A DNA stretch of 64,000 bases from Schizochytrium sp. TIO01 (taxonomy: Eukaryota > Protista > Bigyra: Labyrinthulomycetes), in NCBI GenBank assembly GCA_004764695.1, contig SMSO01000032.1, positions 1,550,001 to 1,614,000 on the forward strand, read 5' to 3'. This document shows, in pieces, positions 54,701-64,000 of this stretch (position 1 is its first letter; each line of letters starts with the position of its first letter). Position numbers and translations under genes: made by a program. The notes under the pieces are model-generated. The model did no database searches. It had not been told where the DNA came from and saw only the letters and a list, made by a program, of their open reading frames with translations.

Positions 54701-54956
54701 TCTGCCTCTCGTCCCCCTCGCTGCAATTCCTCAGGCCTGCCATCCGCGCCACCAGCAGCCCCGCGTTGCCAGCAGTGCTGTCGCCAAAGCCGCCGCCAAA
54801 GCCGCCGCCACCCTCATCCTCGTCGTCGGCATCGCCGCCATGCTCTCCTGTATCTGACCACGCAGTTAACCCCGACCTCAGGGGTGCCACGCTGTCCTCC
54901 TCCTCCCCGCGCGCCACCGGCCCCTCAAGGCCCGCGCCGCCCAGCCCCTGCTGCAT
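51702..54956 (-). CDS. Large unknown protein with helical segments and low-complexity regions, N-terminal ORF of a split LIM/GYF_2 gene
   Basis: 1084-aa ATG ORF; RRGTGEFGG repeats; helical block LIPVLLCML...SVDNFQRIQ..DSW..GLL; Ser/acidic end runs into the next ORF. Confidence 0.8.
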   Translation of the reverse strand: MQQGLGGAGLEGPVARGEEEDSVAPLRSGLTAWSDTGEHGGDADDEDEGGGGFGGGFGDSTAGNAGLLVARMAGLRNCSEGDERQSSLGERSEGSGAQNTPQLGPVQPLWKLVVEALFLAAESDDGVGALACLTRLRNVCRQHQDASNSSTKAPASSSGQSQTDQIRTSQTFQVETTHTQNQNKGSQHIGETEEDAQDLFAPIHPQDGAQAMQAIAALLFRAEDCVCLMDCLIEMDELNAELISAPGDGTSVDGDVDDAATCKDHCSVQCLFEYLDVLQGFADREVRRWAVKGLWRALHTCCLHERCNDFLIGLEAFEYGVLSLDHLTVQALTSNPADEVLTEVQKISAEKIKSSQLKHVLVRRAFAQSLLTRVIQLEQRGRKRGSRTSFALGSTGSQSGNSGNGNYSMGSGRREGVAFETGASSKRDSSSAGGGMYSTTSSSFSLGASAVGGGFSNGDGPETTRESDLTRRGTGDFGGRRGTGEFGGRRGTGEFGGRRGTGEFGGRRGTGDLLNHYTASAMNHVDAIRYSELWNRNGAPKSASPPDVRAIKAPSRRKTDLTPSPHLQHLHKQREEAKAEFFSRNSRPPASTSLGLTLKQHPRRQTELASVYARPGLERKSQMTINQPDDNLTRSRARPRISDMRMSELRGSEIRVSGLRSSRLAHLMMQARRSSMSFVGSVHTFRSEDLASIVRDGSALGLDANFQFPRLTDLSIPEHDMFANSDQRIWTSKNTSSQHWSNPNETGSSRGSLVAGIEYTDCATLLEIITGQIVEPEDSHSFQTTNPFMQHLSIAGQELIPVLLCMLGWMGDNLVRKEFIGSLFTLCASSVDNFQRIQSTDSWRTGLLRILQTIPRDRDFRDEASEFILHRVVELLCMSNFRLNTKANLGVLGLEQVLYETAVLSGWRKDSVGFVRSLLCAQADMLYVTPTPSLLPFFRIVENFLLFMPSREDALLGYANKWHKIARRAHHRHRRGRHEPARRTSLSGEGSNRSLTDDESSSLKRHQSFATFEGEQTASHSTGHRSSSALSSWTSGRPERLQHHLNRSASEEEDDSGESSSTNEVDDFDQNWHGARARPVSIQL
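53422..53546 (-). repeat. Coding 27-bp tandem repeat (~4.6 copies) encoding RRGTGEFGG
   Basis: Plus-strand unit CCACGTCTTCCTCCGAATTCCCCTGTA with synonymous variants. Confidence 0.95.
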
Positions 54957-55019
54957 CGCCGCGCGACGACGAGCTGGGCTGGAGGAGAGAAATACAGAGG
55001 TGTTCTGCTGCTTTGATTG

Positions 55020-55137
55020 CTTTCTGCTCTCTCTTTCTCTTTCTCTTTCTCTTTCTCTTTCTCTTTCTCTTTCTCTTTCTCTTTCTCTTTCCCTTTCTCT
55101 TTTCTTTTCTTTTCTTTTCTTTTCTTCTACTTTCCTC
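55020..55137. repeat. (TTTCTC)n / polypyrimidine tract just upstream of the LIM gene ATG
   Basis: Read directly. Confidence 0.92.
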
Positions 55138-55557
55138 TCGTACTGTAGATACTTAAACTATTCGCCTTTTCTTCATAGCTAGCCACTACCTACTCCCTTA
55201 GCTACCACCTTGCTAGCTAGTGCTAGCTAGCTAGTTAGCTAGCTAGCGCTCCAGTACTACCGGTGTCGCAGGAGAAACAGTACTTTCGTTCCAAGTAGTC
55301 AGTGCCTTCGTGCTTCGCTTTGCTTCAAGTTAAACTAACTTTGCTGATCGATCGGTTCCTCTCTTGTGCAAGCGAGCGGCGGTGCACTTTGAATGGGCAA
55401 TGAGCGATGACACCGCTCTTCTTCACTCAGATCATACTCGTGCTAGGAACCTTGGGCGCTGCTTCCTCCTCTTCTTTTCACTCACCGTGAAGAGCTTTGG
55501 TGGGAAAAGCCTCTCTGATCAACACACTGCTAATGGCAGGTAGGTAGGCGGTAGTCC

Positions 55558-56159
<602 letters not shown>

Positions 56160-59100
56160 TAAACTTTAGTTGATTTCAAAGGAGCTCAGCAAAACCAGTA
56201 CCTAAGTACGTGGGTAGCACCTGCTTAGGCACTTTGTACCTGCTTCTTTCTGTTTAGCAGAGAACAGGGATTTCTCAATATACATTGTTGTTGTATCTCA
56301 AACCTCGACGATCGATTAATCTTTGCAGTTCACTTTCAAGAAAAGGAAGGAAAGAAAACCATTGAGGAGATGAGGAAAGAAAGAAATGCAGTGCAGTGCA
56401 GTGCAGTGCTCTGTTAAAACTCTGTCGTAGGCCTTATTGACAGGTCTAACAAATGCCTCCAAGATTATCTGCCTGTCGGTTTAGGCTCACATAAACAAAC
56501 TCGTTGGACTTGTTCTTCTCAAGTTCGAACTTTGAGGCGGCTTCCGTGTTGCATGTTCTGCTAATGTTGCCAAGTCACGCCTCATTCTCCGGCTAAGAGG
56601 CCGAATGTTCGGCGGGTCTTGCGCGGATTCTTCTCTTCTTCTTTTCTATTCTATTTGTCTTCGTTTTTTGTCGAAAAAGAAAAGCACTTTACAAGCTTTA
56701 GAAAGTTCACGTTGAAAGATGATATTAAAAAAGCTTTCCTCTTTCAACCTCTATTACAGCACGAGTGGAATAGACATCCTTTTCTCTTCTTTTCTTTCTT
56801 TTCTAATTCGATGATTGATTTAGTTCCTTGTTACAGCACTAGATTTTTTATTTGAAAATAAAACAAATTAAAATGAAATGAAACAAAACTCGACGAAGCG
56901 TAATCGCATTGAAACTGCAGCCTTACAGCTCTTCAGCTTCATAGAGAAGAATGTTCATGGAGGACTCTTATCTTACTTTGCGAAACGCCATCATTAACTC
57001 AATGCGATCTCACTTCTTCCTTCTGCCACAGCATATTAGATAACTTACTGGTGGTGCCTTTAGCCGACTTGCTTTCTTTTCTGCATACCACCTACTAGCA
57101 CTCGGCACATCACAGCTAGCAGTACGTTTCAACTTTCTTTCTTTTTTCTTTTTTCTTTTCTTTTTAAATTACAAAAGCAAAAAAAGGCAGCTCATCTCAA
57201 TTTGCTCAACCGACAGACAGGGCTTTCTTTATGCTGGAGGATGCATGAGATGAATCAATGGGTCCTTTCTTAGAACATCAAAAGGAAGAAGAGAAGGAAA
57301 CGAAAGGAACGGTGGTGCTTTAGAACCCTCCTCCCTTCCTATCATTTCCGCTCATCGTTCAAAGTGCAAGTAGACGGATAGGCATTAGGAACTCTTGCTC
57401 CACTCTAATATCTTTTAGCTTGGCTTTTACAAACTCAAGCCCACACAACCAATCGCTCATTCCAACTGCTTTGCATTCAGATCTCAAGATCCCGCTTTGG
57501 GCATCGGTAGGATCTTTCTTATCTGCTATTTCGAGCTCAAGTTGTTGTCGCTCATTTTGGCTTGAGCTGGATGAGCTGTGGCTACTAACACCTACAGCCA
57601 CTTCTACTGGGCTGTCTATCTATCTCATTTATTCATTCATGAATCAATCAATCTATCAATCTATCAATCTATTTATTTATCGGTTTTCATGAATTTGGTC
57701 GATAATCTGAGAACGTAGCTGCCCCGCCAGCGAGCGAGCCTTATTCAGGCGCTCGACCGCCCGTAGGCATGCGACGAGGCGAAACCTCGACTGTCGTGGC
57801 GATCTTCGTGGAGCCAATGAATTGTTTGTTAAACACATCCCAGCGAGTGATCGAGCGAGTGATGGAGCGATCGAGCGCGTCGGGACTCGGTACGAGGGGG
57901 GGAGAGGGAGTGCGTGGCCAGCTTCCTCTTCTTAGTTCCACTCTGCCTAAGAGCAACAAATGAATAAATAAACTGTAATTAATAAATAAATAGATAAATA
58001 GATAAGCACATAGATGAGTGGGCGAATGAATGAATGCATGGGAGTCATAAGATTGCATTCGGTATTCGTTCAAAGCTGTAAGGTAGATGATGAAATGAAA
58101 AGCAGGTAGGTAGGTAGGTAGGTAGGCAGGCAGGCACCTTGTTCCATAAGATACGAATGATAAGTTGCGAACTGGCACTGGTATCGATCGATCTCATGGT
58201 GCTACCAGCTCGACCAACGCTCAGCTCGTCTCCCAGAAACCCGGCATTACATTCATAAATCGAGCTCTGGAGAGGTCCTTGACAACTTGAAGGTCTGGTC
58301 GATTATCATCACTCTTGGAGCTAGCTGACTGAGCCTTTGATGAAGTTGTGTGGATTTGACTTTCAACACGCTCGCGATGATCTGAAGGGATTGCTGGAGA
58401 GCGGACAATAAACGTAAACAAATTAATTTGTGAATACATACATACATGCCCCTCAGCGGCAAAATGCTACAACAGCGTGACGAGTGTAAGCGCTGCTCTG
58501 CGTGACGCTGCAGAGGCCACTTCTGTGGAACTCATACTGCATACCTAGCTAGGAACTATCTAAGTGTTTGGCTGGCTGGACGCCGAAGATTCAGGCTTAT
58601 GAAATGAGTTGTGGTGTTTGGTTGTTCGGGTTGTTTGGGTCTTCTTATACAATCTCCCGTTTATTATTTTTTTAATTTAGTTTGTAATGATCGTGTCATG
58701 GAGTGAATGAAAGAATGAAAGGAAGAAAGAAACAGACTCTTTGATTAGTTGACTATTCTTTTCTTCAATAAGCTAGTTTCTTTGAAGTTTCTTTAACTGT
58801 TTTTTATAAGTAAAGAAGAATATTTATTGAACACTACTTTGTTCTCAGATTTAATTATTATTTTTATTTTGAAAAGCCACTTTCTTTCTTTCTTTTTGTC
58901 TTTCTTGTTTTCTTTCTTTTAACTTGACGTTCGAGAGCCTTTTTCACTTTGTAAGAAAACCATCCATTAAATCACAGCTTCGAGCTCGAGTCCAACGAGT
59001 CCGTCTGTAGGGCAAAGCAGCCGACGGCTTTCGAGGTGGCTTTCAGCTGGAGACAACCAGATTGTCTCAATGTCGATCCCTTCTTGTCGCCGCTGCCGTG

Positions 59101-61902
59101 GAGCCTTAAACCACGTGCAGACATGACGAAATGTAAGTTGCTTGCTAGGTCTCTATCAGTTTGGTTTTTCGTTGTGCCTGAGACCTCTCTATCATCTATG
59201 GAGGTGGCACTTTTTCTCTGATCCATTTCTCCGCCTGACTTGAAGATGCCTCTGGCAAATATATCAGAGTCTGCGCAGTACGGGAGAGAGGATCGCATAC
59301 AGCAGTCCTGGTCAAACATTGTGGCGATAGACCCCGCGGATGAGTTGGTTTACTTCTTCTTCATGCCGTTTGCAGGCAGGTCCTCAGGCTACTGAGCCCA
59401 GTCCGTCGAAGTCCGGGCTCTCGAGATTGCACATTTGGCTGATATACAAGCCGCAGCCTGCTGCTCCGCACCTGTGTTCTGCAAGAGAAGGGGAAAGGTG
59501 GGAGCTGCGCAGAGAACAGAATCGCCAAAGTAGGTTATCCTGGATACTTCACTTGCAGGCAACGTATACTATCGACCATAAGTGAAACAAACAGGCTCTC
59601 ACAAGTGCGAATAAGCCAGCATTGTGAACAGCAAGCCAGTCGGCTGGAACGATTTTCGCATCCAAGGATAATCCCCCGCAGATACGGGGGGACACAATCA
59701 CAGCGTCGCCTCCTCCCTCTCCTTCTCTCTGAATGAACTCAAACTTTTTTCCTTTTTTTTTTTAATGTTTTTTTTGTTCTGTGCTTTATGCGCTATTTGC
59801 TTTTCTTGAAGAGATGCTGCAAGCCGCCTCATCTCTTCAGGTCATGATTTTAAAATGAAAATGGAGGTGATCATTCATCCTCAAACTTCACTTGGTCTTT
59901 TATAAACTCGTAAAAAGTAGCTTGAGACAGCCGCTTGGAAAAGGTTTGAAAGGTATTGTTTGTTTTTTGTTTGTTTGTTTTTTGTTTGTTTGTTTAACTT
60001 TTTTTAAGATTACAAATTAACTTTATTTATTTATTTATTTATTTCAAACTAAATTTTGAAATGAGCGAATGCACACGCGCCCGAAACTCAAAAAGCTAGG
60101 TTTTCTTGGTCTTCGAGTTCACGTAGTTTCTAGCTCTCTCTGTTGAACAGCATTGATGAACCGGTCTTCAAATCAGCCTCCCCAAGCCCTCAGTCCTTCC
60201 CTACCCGGCCTCCTTTACGGTGTTTTCCCCTTCTATAGCGATGAAGCAACACATCAATCAATTATTGCCGTCAATGCATCAATCAACCTCAATCAGTTCC
60301 TATCTCACCTGGATGGCCCACGAGGTACCAGTCGCCTACTGCCTGCTAGCACTGCAGCGAGGCCTCTCGAAGTGGCCTTGGCAGAGTCAGCAGCCTTAGT
60401 AAGTAAGTAAGAGCTGCGAATCTCGGGCCAAGCAAGGAGCTGTACGTCCTCGCTCACTGGCAGGACGCGGAGGAGTGAGTGCACAAGGTGAAGCAGGAGG
60501 CGCTCCTGTCCTCTTTCAGGGAACGGGCCGCGCGGATTCCGCTCGTTACGCTTCGATGCGCTCCGATCGCCGACTTTCCGCCGCGTTCTCCCGCGCGCGA
60601 GCCCGTCCAGCCAATGAATGCGCCATATTGACAGCAGAACAGAGTGGACAGAAAAGAAAAGAAAAGAAAAGAAAAGAAAAGAAAAGAGAGGAGCCTTTCC
60701 TTTTGTGGTATTTTCTGTTCTGTTTTGTTTGGTCGTTCGCTCGTTTGGTTGTTAGTTGGCGAAGAAGAAGAGGAACGGCGAAAAGCTTAGGGACAGAAAA
60801 GAAGAAAGAAAGAAAGAAAGAAAGAAAGACATCCGTCGCTCAGCCTGAATACATTCTCAAGTCCGGAGATCGCCAGATGAGGCTTTGTTTCCAAATAATG
60901 AATGAACAAACCCAGGTAGCCACAGCGAACTCATCGAACCTACCTACCTACTACTGCCTAGCTACTGCGTAGAGGTTCTCTTCTCTTCAGTCCCCTATCC
61001 AGCTTAGTACCTCGGTCTCTCCTTCCTCCCTTACTGGATCCGAGCTGTTCTCTCTTCAAAGGCGCTAACCACCACCACCATCATACATACATACACACAT
61101 ACACACATATACAGTATACAAATTTAATCTACATATAATTTATATAGATAGAGAGATTATATGTATATGTGCTCCATTGGTTTGAAACTAACTACCTAAG
61201 CCACCCCACTTCAAGTTAGGGATTCTGTGGTGGAAGCGAATGCTGTGGCGGAGCTAGGAGCTAAGGCCGCTTCGTATCGGGTGAGCTCCGCTTCCTTGCT
61301 GCTGGCGGTGCCCACCAAAGTTGGCAGCGTCTGTGGATGTGCAGCCCTGTGTAGCAGTGAACTTGATTTGATTTGATTTGATTTGATTGGATTTGATTGG
61401 ATTTAGTTCATTCATTCACGGTCGTTTCTTCGTGGCTGCAAAGAGCTCAGAGGCGGCTCTCTCCCCTGCTCGCTTTATGCTACCTACCTACGACCTTACC
61501 TGTAGGTAGCCATAGCTAGGTGTAGCTAGCTAGGTATAGCTAGGCATAGCTTAGGTTCACTCGCTCACAAGCAATCAAAGGGCCTTCAAGTTGGAAACTA
61601 ACGAAACCAGCAGCGATGGGCCATAAGTGAAGCATCGTATCATTCACCCACCCACCCACTCACTCACTCACTCACTCACTCACTCACTCACTCACGACCA
61701 TCAGGACCACCACGACTCTGCTTCCTCGCTTGGGCTTAGCCGGCCAACCCGTGCATCACCAAGCTCAAGTTGCCTCCCTTCAAGCTCTTTTCCCTCTATT
61801 TTCGCCATTGATTTCCACAAGCGCCTCAAAGAGAGTCTCTGAGCCTAGCTTATTTGGTTAGCTTTTAGCTATTGCTCTCTAATTAGGTTCTACGCAGTTG
61901 AG

Positions 61903-62016
<114 letters not shown>

Positions 62017-63856
62017 TGTCTTGACTCGACTCAAGTTAAAAGACTTTAACTCAGTACCTCTGACTGACCAGCCGGAGGGACTCAACTCTCGAAGAGGCCT
62101 CGTGTGAGAGCAGAGCGCCCTGCGGAAGGCAGATAGGAACTATGGCCTGTGGTGATGCAACAGAAGCCGCCTTTGCGACTGCTTTAAACAGGGTCTCTTG
62201 AGAAGGGGTCTAGGCAGAGAGAGAACGAAGTCAAAGCAGGTACGTACCTGACCGACTGACCGACCAACCGACCTACCGACCGCCCAACCGACCGCCCAAC
62301 CGACTTTTTAAATTATAAAATATGAAACAAAATACTCACTTACTTTGAAAACTGCTTTGAAAATCAATTTGAAAACTAAAATACTTACTTCGCTTGCTTG
62401 CTTGCTTACATTGGCTGACTGAGTCGCTCACTTAGTTATAGTATACTCTTCCAAAGAAAGAGAAAAGGGAAAAAGGGGCAGCCATGAGGACCTATTGACT
62501 TCTACATGCTACAGACTGACTGGACAACGCTAAATTGGTAGCGGAAACGGGCGAAGCGTGCATTAATGTACTTATTTATTTGTTTATTTATTGATTGACT
62601 GATTGATTCATTCATTCACTCACTCAGGCTCATTCATTCTTCCTTCGTCCTCATCGATGTTTATCCACGAATTTATTTTTGTTGCGTCGATCTGATTGGA
62701 GGCAGGCGGCCGATCAGCACTCGCTTATTATTCGATTCCCTTCTTGGCCTGACTTGACTTGAGCAAGAGGGAAATAGCTCCAGTACAAATCAGAGATCAA
62801 AGGCAGGTTTGCGCATGCCTTCATTCAGTCTCTCCTAGCTTTACAATTTTTAATCCTAGCATTGCAATTTTGAAAAATCCAAAATAAAATAAAATAAAAT
62901 CATACAACAGCAGCAATTCTCATCTCATTGCTTGCCTCTTTTCTTGCTCTTTCTTTTTCTCTCTCTATATATAATTGTTCTAAAGTTTGAATAAAAAAGA
63001 AAAGAAAGAAAAAAAGTATTGCGCTGGCAAAACCTTGAGGCTATTATTAACATATGAAGGGGCCTGGAATTATTGAGGAACTGACGTCCACGGTTCCCCT
63101 GCTAGAAGTGGGTACCTACAGCGACTATGAAATAGCCAGCTGTGGACTCTGGCCCTAAGATGCAACAGCCTTTGGTTATCAGTCATTTCCCCTTCATTTG
63201 CGAAAACCCTCATCTGCTGCGGTGAGTCCGTACCTCTGATTCATCTTTAAACATTAAAGTATACGTTTTTACTTTCTAAACAAAGTATCTTCCGCCTTTT
63301 CTTCTCCTCTTTCCTTTAAAAAAAATAAAAATATTTTTTTGGGTCAGGAAAAGGAGAAAATATTAAAAAGTCTCTTTTATACTCTAGTAGAGAGGCAAAG
63401 ACCGCGTTTTGGGAGAAAAGAGCCGTGCCAGCCCAGCTCAGCCTGCGCAACGCATTTCCACTGCGCCACTACCTCACGCGCCCCGCCTTTTAAGTCAATC
63501 AATCAATCAATCAATCATTCATTCATTCATTCATTCAATCAACCAATAAATAAACTCCTCGCGACGAGCTTCGTAGGTAGACCGACCTCCACCCACGACT
63601 CGTTCTCCAGGTTGTCCTCGCTGAAGAAGGCCTTTAGTCTCGCGCATGAGGTCCAGGCTCCGAATTCTTCTCTCACCTATCTTCCTGACCTCAATCAATG
63701 TCGCCAGCGGTGGGAAAACCGTGCGGAACCCAGATAAACAATTTGCGCCCCCAAGTTCGATACAAGATCTCCTGCGCATAGGCGGGTGAAGCAGGCAGTT
63801 CCTCAGACTAGTCGCGCCGAGGCCCGGAGTGGGAGGGCGCGGGGAGCCCGACAATA

Positions 63857-64000
63857 ATGCGCGAGGGCCCTCACTGGAGACATGATGGACCAGGGCCGCT
63901 CGTGTTGCGGAAACAGGTGATCTGGAGGACAGACAGTGCTGTTTCACATGATGATGATGCTGACGAGGAGGCGGAGGAGGACGAGGAGGAGGACCAGCGT
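63857..64000 (+). CDS. Probable 5' end of a gene truncated by the window edge
   Basis: ATG 63857 is open to the end: MREGPHWRHDGPGPLVLRKQVIWRTDSAVSHDDDADEEAEEDEEEDQR; GC-rich context like other gene starts here; absent from the ORF track. Confidence 0.5.
   Translation, partial: MREGPHWRHDGPGPLVLRKQVIWRTDSAVSHDDDADEEAEEDEEEDQR

Overview
Eukaryotic, intron-poor, gene-dense nuclear DNA with microsatellite-rich intergenic regions ((GAAA)n, (GATT)n, (AGTAAT)n). By inference it comes from a stramenopile protist, probably a thraustochytrid (Aurantiochytrium/Schizochytrium-like). About 15 protein genes: purple acid phosphatase, DH-PH-FYVE-WW RhoGEF, a small type I membrane protein, mid-SUN (Slp1/SUCO-like), DIS3/RRP44, CDK5RAP3/C53, an ankyrin protein, a calcyphosin-like EF-hand protein, a myristoylatable phosphagen kinase, COG3, SEC15, RPS28 (ATG-only first coding exon), BiP, an App1-like HAD phosphatase with SH3-like repeats, and a large LIM+GYF_2 protein. 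A ~9 kb gene-poor tail follows, with a probable truncated gene at the edge. Most notable: the three longest genes are each split into two overlapping ORFs, and all three rejoin by the same +1 shift, placeable at the first ORF's stop codon (TCC-TAA-T, GAT-TGA-C, CTT-TAA-A). This is either stop-codon-associated +1 frameshifting or, at least as likely, single-base insertion errors in the assembly. I saw no tRNA, rRNA, CRISPR array or recognisable transposon.
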